NCBI GenBank assembly: GCA_963786105.1
Contig: CAWAXX010000017.1
Span: forward strand, 224,001 to 288,000
Origin: Vulcanimicrobiota bacterium
Lineage (GTDB): Bacteria > Vulcanimicrobiota > Vulcanimicrobiia > Vulcanimicrobiales > Vulcanimicrobiaceae
Length of the DNA: 64,000 bases
Direction of reading: 5' to 3'
In this document: positions 20,167 to 28,781 of the stretch, one piece after another
How the letters are laid out: each line of letters begins with the position of its first letter
Numbering within the stretch: the stretch's first letter is position 1
Notes under the pieces: model-generated
Databases searched by the model: none
What the model was told of the DNA's origin: nothing
What the model saw: the letters and a program-made list of their open reading frames with translations, nothing else
Position numbers and translations under genes: made by a program

Positions 20167-20364
20167 ATGGACTATTGGTTTGAAACCGAGATCCGGATGC
20201 GCCGTGACGACGCCGTCGAGACCGCCAACCGCAGCCGGCTAATTCGCCTTGCGGAGAGTGGACGAAGTACGAGCGTCCGCACGCGCATCGCCAACGGCGC
20301 TCAAGCGATGAGCGACGCGTTGGCAACGCTGGCGCGTACTCTGCGCGCCGGCAAAGCGGCGTAA
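20167..20364 (+). CDS. Small helical hypothetical protein (65 aa)
   Basis: GAAGGG SD-like sequence, protein-like amphipathic sequence MDYWFETEIRMRRDD... Confidence 0.65.
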   Translation: MDYWFETEIRMRRDDAVETANRSRLIRLAESGRSTSVRTRIANGAQAMSDALATLARTLRAGKAA

Positions 20365-20369
20365 GGGGC

Positions 20370-21752
20370 CTACGGGCCCCTTCCCTGCGCTTTCCGTGCC
20401 GCTTCGAGGCCGGCCAGCGCGCGCGGATCGTTTGGATAAGCGGTCAACGCGGCTTCGTAAGCCGTCGCGGCGTCGGCGTAGGCGGCACGGCGCATGGCGA
20501 ACGCGCCACGCGCCTCAAGCGCGGGCAGTAGTGGAATCAGCTCGTTTGCAAACGCGTCGCGCTGCGTGGTGACCGCCCCCTCGATCAATCGAGCGGCTTC
20601 CCCGTAACGACCGTCGAGTTCGGCAACCCGGGCGAGGAACAGTTCGACGACATCCCCGGCCGTCGTGAGCTTTCTCACTTGGCCAGCGATTGCGCGCGCT
20701 TCGTCGTCGCGACCGAGCTCCAAGGCGGCGAGGCCACGTATCGCGAGGTCGCTCGGCGCCGCATCGCGCGCGAGCGAATATGCATCGGAGAAACGACCGA
20801 AACGTAATGCCGTGAGCGCGTCGAACGACGTGCCGTACGTCGCGTTCATGCGTGCGGACCATACACGAGCGGTGGCATAGTCGCCGAGCATCATCGCGCC
20901 GGAGTAGCCGAGGTAGACGTCGTGGATCAAATAACGGTCGTGATCGGGATTGCGGTCGCGGATCTGCTGCAGTTGCGCGAACAGTTGGTAAGCTCGCTCG
21001 CTGGAGGCGACGGCCGCGACGTAGTTTCCGCTCTCGATCCAGTAGTGCGACGGCATATGCGCCAGGTGCTCCGCCTGAGGCGGGAGGACGGCGGCGTCGA
21101 GGCGTTTTGCACACGCCAGCGCCGGTGTGCGATCGCGGGCGCCGTCATAGAGATGAATGCAAAGATGGTTGGCCATTACGTTTTCCGGATCGTGCACCAA
21201 TATGCGCGTCATCAACGCGAGCGCTTGGCGGGAATCGGGCGTCGCGGGCGACGACCCTGCCCAAACGAAGCCGCCGCTTTCCACCAGCGCTTCGGCCGCT
21301 AGTGCGGTGGCGACGTCGTCCTGGGCTGGACTCTTCGGATCGCCGGCGAGGCGGCTCATGGCGGCGCGATACGCATCGTCGCCGTCTCTCCAATCTGCCC
21401 ACGTTCCCTTATAACGCCGGGCCATGGCGTCGATGTAGCGCCGCTCGCCGTCGCTCGCGTACCGCTCGAGCGCAACGGCTTTTTGGACGGCCGTTTGTGC
21501 CTGCAGGAAACGCTCTTCCGACATCGGCGTGTTCAAGTCGGGGCCGCTAGCGAGGGCTTCGCCCCAATACGCCATCGCCAGATTCGGATCGCGCGCCGCC
21601 GCGCCGGCGAAGGCGCCGGCGGCGTCACCGCCGTCGTAAGCGAAATAAAAGAGGAGACCGCGATCGATCGACGCCTGCGCGACGCGGTCGGTCGTCGAAA
21701 CCGGGAAATGGATGGCGGTGAGCGCCGCGAGCGCAAGTACCGCCGGCGTCAC
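20370..21752 (-). CDS. TPR-containing exported protein
   Basis: GTG overlapping upstream stop; AMAYWG, ANHLCIH, HLAHMPSH motifs and TPR-like helices. Confidence 0.8.
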   Translation of the reverse strand: MTPAVLALAALTAIHFPVSTTDRVAQASIDRGLLFYFAYDGGDAAGAFAGAAARDPNLAMAYWGEALASGPDLNTPMSEERFLQAQTAVQKAVALERYASDGERRYIDAMARRYKGTWADWRDGDDAYRAAMSRLAGDPKSPAQDDVATALAAEALVESGGFVWAGSSPATPDSRQALALMTRILVHDPENVMANHLCIHLYDGARDRTPALACAKRLDAAVLPPQAEHLAHMPSHYWIESGNYVAAVASSERAYQLFAQLQQIRDRNPDHDRYLIHDVYLGYSGAMMLGDYATARVWSARMNATYGTSFDALTALRFGRFSDAYSLARDAAPSDLAIRGLAALELGRDDEARAIAGQVRKLTTAGDVVELFLARVAELDGRYGEAARLIEGAVTTQRDAFANELIPLLPALEARGAFAMRRAAYADAATAYEAALTAYPNDPRALAGLEAARKAQGRGP

Positions 21753-22180
21753 ACGAAAAAGTGCTGAGGCCCGGCCTCGAAGGCCGCGATAGCCTCGCGC
21801 CAGCTCGGTGGGATGGCGATGCTCGTCTGCGTCAGGAAATCGAACGCTACGACGGTCGTTATTCCACGGGCTGCGCGATGCGCGTTGGTCTCGCTCCAAA
21901 TCTCGTACTCGAAGTCCCACGACTTCGTTCCGATTCGCGAAACGCGGCAGCCGACGGCGATCTTCTCGCGATAGTGCAATTGGCGTTCGTACGTAAAATC
22001 GATCGTCGCTTGAATGATCCCGCGTTCGCCGTTGATCGGTTCTCGCATCACTTGCGCGAAGTATTCGGAGCGCATCATTTCAGCCCACCGGATGTACGCG
22101 ACGTTATTCGCGTGTTGCATCATGTCGATGTCCGCAAACGGAATCGAGAAGCGGGAAACGAGCGGAAAACCCGTGAGCAT
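21749..22180 (-). CDS. Acyl-CoA thioesterase (4HBT/YbgC hot-dog family)
   Basis: DIDMMQHANNVAY signature. Confidence 0.9.
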   Translation of the reverse strand: MLTGFPLVSRFSIPFADIDMMQHANNVAYIRWAEMMRSEYFAQVMREPINGERGIIQATIDFTYERQLHYREKIAVGCRVSRIGTKSWDFEYEIWSETNAHRAARGITTVVAFDFLTQTSIAIPPSWREAIAAFEAGPQHFFV

Positions 22181-22288
22181 GAGCCGTGCACTTCGACTCC
22201 CACGTCTCGAGTCCGCGTCGCCATACCGGTGCTGGACACCCGAGGCGCCGGTAGGGTAAGATACCAGCTTGTCCAAGGGAACCGCAAC

Positions 22289-22363
22289 GGGCGCGTAGCT
22301 CAGTGGGAGAGCATCCGCTTCACACGCGGGGGGTCGTTGGTTCAATCCCAACCGTGCCCACCA
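22289..22363 (+). tRNA. tRNA-Val(CAC)
   Basis: Cloverleaf, anticodon loop TTCACAC, CCA end. Confidence 0.95.
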
Positions 22364-22425
22364 TTCCCTCGAGGCTCGACGCAGGTGCGAGTTGGAATGT
22401 GTGCTAAATAGCGGTCCCGGTCCTT

Positions 22426-22503
22426 GGCGCTGTAGCTCAGTTGGTTTAGAGCGCCGCCCTGTCACGGCGGAGGTCGTGGGTTCGAGCCCCATCAGCGTCG
22501 CCA
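22426..22503 (+). tRNA. tRNA-Asp(GTC)
   Basis: Cloverleaf, anticodon loop CTGTCAC, CCA end. Confidence 0.95.
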
Positions 22504-22667
22504 GATTTTTTCCCGAGCGCACCGCTTAAGAACGTGGTGCGCTTTGCGGGAATCCTTTGTGGCTCCGATTTCGATCAGATCAAGCAGGCGAAGGATGGAA
22601 GTTTACTATGGTAATCGAGACCCGAGGTGACGAAAGAGCTGGGATAAATCAGGGCCTTCCTTCTTAA

Positions 22668-22743
22668 GCCAAGGTAGCTCAGTCGGTAGAGCACGCGCCT
22701 GAAAAGTGCGGTGTCGCCGGTTCGATTCCGGCCCTTGGCACCA
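22668..22743 (+). tRNA. tRNA-Phe(GAA)
   Basis: Cloverleaf, anticodon loop CTGAAAA, CCA end. Confidence 0.95.
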
Positions 22744-22750
22744 TGCGTTC

Positions 22751-22793
22751 GCGTTAAGGGCCCGCCGTCATTCGGCCGGGCCCTTAACGCTTT
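22751..22793. terminator. Terminator hairpin after the tRNA cluster
   Basis: 14-bp perfect inverted repeat GCGTTAAGGGCCCG/CGGGCCCTTAACGC between convergent transcripts. Confidence 0.8.
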
Positions 22794-22797
22794 AACG

Positions 22798-23472
22798 CTA
22801 CGCGAGCCTGCGTTTGAGAAATTCGACGCTGCGTTTCCATGCCGTTTCGGCGTGCTCCCGATGATAGTTGCCAAGGCCGCCCGGATTATAAAACGCGTGC
22901 TTGGCATCGTAGCGGTGAAACTCGTGAGGCACACCGTTGGCTTCGAGCGCGCGCTCTAGCGCGTCGACGCCCGCGATATTGAAAAACTCGTCGCCCAGCG
23001 CCCAGTGCCCCATGATCGGGATCTTGATGGTCGAGGGATCGCCGGCCTCGGGCGGCGGGTAACCGTAAAAGACGACCGCTGCGTCGAATTCGGGGTCGTG
23101 GATGGCCGAGAGCATGGCGAGCGCGCCACCCATGCAGAACCCCATCACGCCGACGCGTTTGGCGCCATGTCGCTTCAAGTACGCAGCGGCTCCGCGGGCG
23201 TCTTGTGAAGCCGCATCCGAAAAGTCGAGACCCTCCATGAGATGCCCCGCCTCTTCGCGCGTGTCGGCGACCGATCCGCGATAAAGATCCGGAACGAGTA
23301 CCCCGAACCCGTCGCCCGCCAGACGATCCGCGGTCTCCTTGACGTGATCGGTTAGACCCCACCACTCTTCAAAGAGGACGACTCCGGGTGCGTCGTCCGG
23401 ACGTCGCGGCTCCCCGAGATAGCCTGGCGCGGTTTTTCCGTCGGGACGTTCGAACTCGATCGTTTTTCCCAT
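22798..23472 (-). CDS. Dienelactone hydrolase family protein
   Basis: EWWGL, GFCMGG nucleophile motif, HAF. Confidence 0.9.
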   Translation of the reverse strand: MGKTIEFERPDGKTAPGYLGEPRRPDDAPGVVLFEEWWGLTDHVKETADRLAGDGFGVLVPDLYRGSVADTREEAGHLMEGLDFSDAASQDARGAAAYLKRHGAKRVGVMGFCMGGALAMLSAIHDPEFDAAVVFYGYPPPEAGDPSTIKIPIMGHWALGDEFFNIAGVDALERALEANGVPHEFHRYDAKHAFYNPGGLGNYHREHAETAWKRSVEFLKRRLA

Positions 23473-23834
23473 CAGCGCGGCTGCTCGGTCGCGGCGCCCT
23501 CTTCGGAATCTTGCCGATCGAGGTTGTCGGCTTTTTCCCGCAGCAGCCATTCGTTCGCCGATTTGAGGCGTTCGACAGGAACGTGGTCCGTCAGCCAGCC
23601 GTACAGCGCGTCGTCGCCCTGGTGCCGACCGAGCGCGGCATCGAACGACGCCGGCGTGATTCCCCACCGGTCCATGACGCCGCGGTCCATCGGACACGGG
23701 TAAATATAGTCGTGAATCGTTCCGGCAGCGGCCGCGCGGCCTTTGTCCGCCATGCGCAACAGCCAGAGCGCTTCGCCGATTGCTTGGCGCCCGCGTCGCG
23801 GAAAGGTCTTTCCGTCTCGAAAATCTGTCGACAT
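23472..23834 (-). CDS. DUF5069-like protein
   Basis: WLLRMADKGRA...G....YIYPCPMD pattern. Confidence 0.7.
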   Translation of the reverse strand: MSTDFRDGKTFPRRGRQAIGEALWLLRMADKGRAAAAGTIHDYIYPCPMDRGVMDRWGITPASFDAALGRHQGDDALYGWLTDHVPVERLKSANEWLLREKADNLDRQDSEEGAATEQPR

Positions 23835-23898
23835 GCTCCCATGATACCGGGCTCGCGCGGGCGGGTTGCGCTCCCGGAGCGGGCGAAAGCAGCTATCG

Positions 23899-24606
23899 AT
23901 GGAGAGTCCACGGTGCGAGCCGGACGTAGCAGTGCGGCACGAGCCCCGCTGGCACGCTTCGGCCGCGGTGCTCGCAGCCCTCATTCTCTACATCACGCTT
24001 CCTCCGCGGTTGACTATCGGTCCGGTTTGGGTCGCCCCGCTGCTCGTGCTCGCGCTGTTGATTCCGCTGTCCGTCTTCGCTCCGCGCCGTCACTCAGAAA
24101 CGCGGCACATGCGTTTCTGGGGAATTCTACTCATCGCAATCGTGAACTTTTTCAATATCGCTTCGGTCGCGCTGCTGATCAACGGGTTTTTTCATCCGGC
24201 GCGAATCGTCGAGTTGAACTCGGCGGGCATGTTGCTGCGTCATGGAACGCAGGTTTGGCTCACGAACGTCCTCGTCTTCGCTCTGTGGTATTGGGAACTC
24301 GACGGCGACGGTCCCGAAGCCCGCGCTCACGCCAACGCGGCATACGAATTTCATAACGCCGACTTCCTCTTTCCTCAAATGCAGCTCTTTTTCTTGAGCG
24401 GAAAGCCGCTGCCGTGTATCGATCCGGCGTGGAAGCCTCAGTTCTTCGATTACCTATACGTGTCGTTCGTTAACTGCACGGCGTTCAGTCCGGCCGACGT
24501 CATGCCGCTAAGCCGTTGGGCGAAGTGCCTCATGCTGGTCGAAGCGCTCATCTCGCTGATGACGATCGCGATCGTGCTCGCGCGATCGGTGAGTTTGATT
24601 CAATAA
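23899..24606 (+). CDS. DUF1345-like membrane protein
   Basis: WYWELD, DFLFPQ, FDYLYVSF, AFSPAD motifs. Confidence 0.8.
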   Translation: MESPRCEPDVAVRHEPRWHASAAVLAALILYITLPPRLTIGPVWVAPLLVLALLIPLSVFAPRRHSETRHMRFWGILLIAIVNFFNIASVALLINGFFHPARIVELNSAGMLLRHGTQVWLTNVLVFALWYWELDGDGPEARAHANAAYEFHNADFLFPQMQLFFLSGKPLPCIDPAWKPQFFDYLYVSFVNCTAFSPADVMPLSRWAKCLMLVEALISLMTIAIVLARSVSLIQ

Positions 24607-25391
24607 GATCCGGCGCCGTGCGCCACTGCTCGCTGGAGCTGGAGGAAGACCGTCGGCGGAATTTGAGTGCTGCCTCGGAACGGGTAATCGAATAAAGCGA
24701 TCAAGACGAAAATCGTCGCGATCACCGTCGTGAGGGCAAGCGTCATTACCAGGTGGACCGCTTCGCTGCGCACGCGAAAGATGAAACAGAAGCCGACCGT
24801 GATCGCAGCTAAAATGACGTTGCCGATCCAGAAGAAGATCGGAATGCCTTGTTCGTTGGCGAACAGGCGGCTGCGGCGCGCATCCTCGAACGTGGAAATC
24901 AGTCCAAGCGCCTCCTGTTGCAGAGCCTGCTGTCCGGCGCTTTGCGGTTGGTAGCGCGCGACGAGATTGAAGGCGGCGAGCGCCGCCGCGCGGGCGGTCG
25001 GGCTGGTACTGCCCGTTCGCATGGCGGGCCACTCATCGTTAACGACCGCGTTGATGTAGGTGTTGAGCGTGCCGTGAAGCTGTTGGGCAACGGGCGCCGG
25101 AAAGTGTCCGGAAACGTGAAAAAGATCGGCGATCGCGCTGGCCTCTTGCGCGACGGTCGCGGCGGCGCCGTCGTACTGTTGCCACACGGTCACAAGCAAG
25201 AAGGACAAGATGACGGCCAATATCGTCCCGACGGTACCGATGATCGGGCCGGCGACGTCGTTGTGCGTCAGCTCCTGACTGCGGGTGACGACGTGTCGAA
25301 CGAAAAGCAAGCCGCTCGCCGAGAGCGCACACGCAAGCACCAGGATCGACGCGAAAAAGAGCCACGACGGTATGGCGTAAACCCAGGTCAC
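24600..25391 (-). CDS. DUF4239 (bestrophin-like) membrane protein
   Basis: HND...G...AVILSF....W, EWPAM, DYPFRG motifs. Confidence 0.8.
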   Translation of the reverse strand: MTWVYAIPSWLFFASILVLACALSASGLLFVRHVVTRSQELTHNDVAGPIIGTVGTILAVILSFLLVTVWQQYDGAAATVAQEASAIADLFHVSGHFPAPVAQQLHGTLNTYINAVVNDEWPAMRTGSTSPTARAAALAAFNLVARYQPQSAGQQALQQEALGLISTFEDARRSRLFANEQGIPIFFWIGNVILAAITVGFCFIFRVRSEAVHLVMTLALTTVIATIFVLIALFDYPFRGSTQIPPTVFLQLQRAVAHGAGSY

Positions 25392-25527
25392 GTAAAAAGC
25401 CTTCGCGCGGAAGGGGGCGCCTCCCCGTACGAGCCCTGGTAATTGGGGTTGACCGCAACGCCGGCGCGGGTCGAAGGTTTGTAGGACGGGGCGCGACGCT
25501 GCTCGAACCGGAGGCTCGCCGTGATGC

Positions 25528-25601
25528 GCGGGTATGATGTAATGGCAGCCTGCGACCTTCCCAAGGTTGATGCGTGGGTTCGATTCCCACTACCCGCTCC
25601 A
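25528..25601 (+). tRNA. tRNA-Gly(CCC)
   Basis: Cloverleaf, anticodon loop TTCCCAA, TCCA end. Confidence 0.92.
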
Positions 25602-25645
25602 AGTGATAAAAAGGCGAGGGCGAACCGAGCACGCGAGCGATCTTC

Positions 25646-25717
25646 GGCGACGTAGCCAAGTGGTAAGGCAGGGCTCTGCAAAAGCCCCATTCGGCAGTTC
25701 AAATCTGCCCGTCGCCT
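25646..25717 (+). tRNA. tRNA-Cys(GCA)
   Basis: Cloverleaf, anticodon loop CTGCAAA, U73 discriminator; followed by CAA rather than CCA. Confidence 0.92.
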
Positions 25718-25739
25718 CAAAAGGTTTGAGGTTCGTTGG

Positions 25740-26696
25740 ATGCGCGTAGCCGTCGTGGGCGCTGGGGCGATCGGGGGATTCCTGGCGGCCGCGCTGGCGC
25801 GAGCCGGCGTACCGGTGGCGGTCGTTGCGCGGGGCGAGCATCTGGCGGCGATACGCCGCCACGGATTGCGTATCGAGAGCGACCTCGGCACGTTTTCGAC
25901 GGCCGTCGAAGCCGGCGAAGATCTCCGCGAACTGGGCGCCTTCGACGTGCTCTTGTTGACGTTCAAAAGCCATCAATGGGCGCCGCTGCTGCCGCAGCTC
26001 GCCGCGTTCGCGCAGACCGATACAACGGTCGTGACGCTGCAAAACGGCATCCCGTTTTGGTACGTACGCGAGCCGCCGTTGCACAGCGTCGACCCAGGTG
26101 GAACCATCGGACGGCTATTCTCCGACGAACGGGTTCTCGGCGGCGTCGTCCACGTGTCCGGAAGGGTAGCGGCGCCGGGAGCGATCGTTCAGAGCGGCGG
26201 ATTGCGATTCGTGCTCGGCGATCCGCTTGGCAGGCCGAACGCGCGCGCCGGCGGTTTAGTCGAAACGATGCGCGCCGCCGGCTTGGCTGCCGAAGCCGAT
26301 TCAAACGTTCGCGCGACCGTGTGGATGAAGCTGGTCAATAACGTCGGACTCAACTCAGTGAGTGCCCTGCGCCGCCTGACGATCCGGCCGATGCTGGTGG
26401 ATCCGGTCGCCCGCGCGGAAGTCCGTACGTTGATGATTGAGGCACTGCGCGTCGGGCAGTCTATGGGCGTGGTCGCCGGCGTGGACGTCGACGCTCGCAT
26501 CGAGTATGCCGCGCGCTTAGCCGACGTAAAGACGTCGATGCTCCAGGATCTCGAACGCGGCCGAGACTTGGAACTGGATCCCATTGTCGGGGCGGTCGTC
26601 GAACTAGCGGACCGCTACGACGTACCCGTGCCGCACGTTCGCGAAAGCTACGCGGCACTTCGTCAAGCGGCCGCGAGCGCTTTCCACGATGGATGA
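25740..26696 (+). CDS. panE: 2-dehydropantoate 2-reductase
   Basis: GAGAIG, LQNG, WMKL..N, SMLQD....R..E motifs. Confidence 0.88.
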   Translation: MRVAVVGAGAIGGFLAAALARAGVPVAVVARGEHLAAIRRHGLRIESDLGTFSTAVEAGEDLRELGAFDVLLLTFKSHQWAPLLPQLAAFAQTDTTVVTLQNGIPFWYVREPPLHSVDPGGTIGRLFSDERVLGGVVHVSGRVAAPGAIVQSGGLRFVLGDPLGRPNARAGGLVETMRAAGLAAEADSNVRATVWMKLVNNVGLNSVSALRRLTIRPMLVDPVARAEVRTLMIEALRVGQSMGVVAGVDVDARIEYAARLADVKTSMLQDLERGRDLELDPIVGAVVELADRYDVPVPHVRESYAALRQAAASAFHDG

Positions 26697-28740
26697 TATT
26701 GCCGCCCTGGCGGGAGTCGGGCCGAAAACCGCACCGCTGTTTCGCGAGCTCGGCATAGACACGCCGGCCGCGTTGCTCGAGTACCTACCCTTCCGCTACG
26801 AGGATTTGCGCTTCCCTACGCCGGCGGCTCGTCTTGGCAACGCTCCAGGCGAGGAAAACGCCGTCGGCATCGTGATTGGGGTAAAAGAGCGGCGCGTTCG
26901 CCATCTCGAGATCGTCGAGTTGTCGATGCGCGACGACGTCGGCGATCGGTTCGTCGCCAAGTGGATCGGTCAACGCCGCTTCGTCTACGGACGTTTTCGC
27001 GAAGGAATGCGACTGTTCGTCCGCGGGCGCGTGGAACGTACCTTCGCGGGCGCGGTCGTCAACGTCGGTCACTATGCGGTGCTTGGCGACGGTGAAGAGT
27101 ACCACGGGGAACTAGTGCCGGTTTATCGCGCGAGCAAGGACTTGGCAACGCGGAAGATCGGTGCGGTCGTCAAAAAGAACCTGCCCAAGCTCCTGGAGCT
27201 CGTTCCAACCGATAGCGTACCGGCGGCAATTGCGCAATCGCGTGGCTACGTTCCGTTGCGCGAAGCGTATCGAACCGCCCACGCACCGGCCACCCCCGAA
27301 GAGGCCGATCGTGCGCGGGAACGATTCATCTTCGGCGAGTTTCTGGCACTCGCCACTGCGGCGCAGCTCCGGCGCGCTCAACGCGAGCGCGAACGAGACG
27401 CTCGGGCGCTGCGCGTCCCCTCCGGCTTGCTCGAAGAGTTTTGCGCCGCGCTGCCCTTCGCACTCACCGGTGCCCAGCGACGTTCGATTGTCGAAATTTG
27501 GGACGATATGACGCGCGACGTTCCGATGAACCGATTGTTGCAAGGCGACGTCGGGAGCGGCAAAACGCTGGTCGCGGCAGCGGCGATCGTGCTTGCGTCG
27601 CGCAACGGCGTGCAATCGGCGTTGATGGCCCCCACCGAGATTCTGGCGGCACAGCACTCGGCCAAACTCGCCCCACTATTGCTTCCACTGCGTATTGGCG
27701 TGGAGGCGGTGTTCGGCAGCCAAGGGCTGCGAGCGCGCAACGCCGCCGTCGCGCGTTTAGCCGGCGGCGAAGCCGCGCTGGCGGTCGGAACGCACGCGCT
27801 GCTGACCGAAGGCGTCGATTTCGATCGGCTGGGGCTGGTCGTTATTGACGAACAACATCGCTTCGGCGTCGAGCAGCGCGCACGGTTGCGCGCCAAAGGC
27901 GTGTCGCCGCACACCCTGCACATGACGGCCACGCCCATTCCGCGAACGCTCACGCAATCGATCTATGCCGATCTCGATCTTTCGATCGTCGACGAGCTTC
28001 CCCCGGGACGCACGCCGATCGAAACGTTCGCGGTTCGCAACAGCCGCTTGGAGCGCGTCTACGAATTCGTTCGCGCGAACGTCGCGCGCGGTCATCAGGC
28101 TTACATCGTTGCCCCCGTCATCGACGAGGGGGAACTCGAGCTGACGAGCGCCGTTGCGGAGTTCGAGCGGCTGAAAGCCGACGTGTTCGGGGACTTGAGG
28201 CTGGGGCTGCTTCACGGAAGGCTCGTCCCGCGCGAAAAGGAGGAGGTGATGCAGCGGTTCGTTCGGGGAGAGCTCGACGTTCTGGTGGCCACCACCGTCG
28301 TGGAAGTCGGCGTCGACGTTCCCAATGCTAGCGTCATGGCCGTACTCGACGCGCAGCGATACGGCTTGGCGCAGCTGCATCAGTTGCGCGGGCGCGTCGG
28401 TCGTGGCGGCGCGAAGTCGTTCTGCATCCTCGTCTATCCCGACGAGGCCGCCGAAACCGAACGCCTCGAAATCCTTACGCGCTCGACCGACGGATTCGAC
28501 ATAGCCGAAGAAGATTTGCGCCTGCGCGGCCCCGGTGAACTGGCCGGTACTGCGCAATCCGGCTCGGCCGACCTCCGGCTGGCCGATCTGGTTCGCGATT
28601 TCGACGTCTATCGGGCCGCCAAGTCGGCGGCCGAGGCGATCGTTTCCGACGATCCGCATCTGGCGGCAGCCGAGCATGCGGGACTGCGCGCGCTGCTCGA
28701 ACGGCAGCCGTCGACGCGGGCCCTGCTCCTCAGTTCCTAG
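26689..28740 (+). CDS. recG: ATP-dependent DNA helicase RecG
   Basis: RLLQGDVGSGKT, DEQHRFG, MTATPIPRTL, QLRGRVGRG, TDGF.IAE.DL.LRGPGE. Confidence 0.96.
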   Translation: MDDIAALAGVGPKTAPLFRELGIDTPAALLEYLPFRYEDLRFPTPAARLGNAPGEENAVGIVIGVKERRVRHLEIVELSMRDDVGDRFVAKWIGQRRFVYGRFREGMRLFVRGRVERTFAGAVVNVGHYAVLGDGEEYHGELVPVYRASKDLATRKIGAVVKKNLPKLLELVPTDSVPAAIAQSRGYVPLREAYRTAHAPATPEEADRARERFIFGEFLALATAAQLRRAQRERERDARALRVPSGLLEEFCAALPFALTGAQRRSIVEIWDDMTRDVPMNRLLQGDVGSGKTLVAAAAIVLASRNGVQSALMAPTEILAAQHSAKLAPLLLPLRIGVEAVFGSQGLRARNAAVARLAGGEAALAVGTHALLTEGVDFDRLGLVVIDEQHRFGVEQRARLRAKGVSPHTLHMTATPIPRTLTQSIYADLDLSIVDELPPGRTPIETFAVRNSRLERVYEFVRANVARGHQAYIVAPVIDEGELELTSAVAEFERLKADVFGDLRLGLLHGRLVPREKEEVMQRFVRGELDVLVATTVVEVGVDVPNASVMAVLDAQRYGLAQLHQLRGRVGRGGAKSFCILVYPDEAAETERLEILTRSTDGFDIAEEDLRLRGPGELAGTAQSGSADLRLADLVRDFDVYRAAKSAAEAIVSDDPHLAAAEHAGLRALLERQPSTRALLLSS

Positions 28741-28781
28741 GGCTGGGGGGTTGCCGCCAACGGTCGAGAATAGCGTGTCCG

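Noticed and set aside
22181..22522. Long N-terminal extension of the thioesterase ORF
   Set aside because: It runs antisense through tRNA-Val and tRNA-Asp; the real start is the ATG at 22180.
19768..25717. tRNA-anchored integrative element or prophage
   Set aside because: No integrase, transposase, phage gene or duplicated tRNA 3' end was seen.
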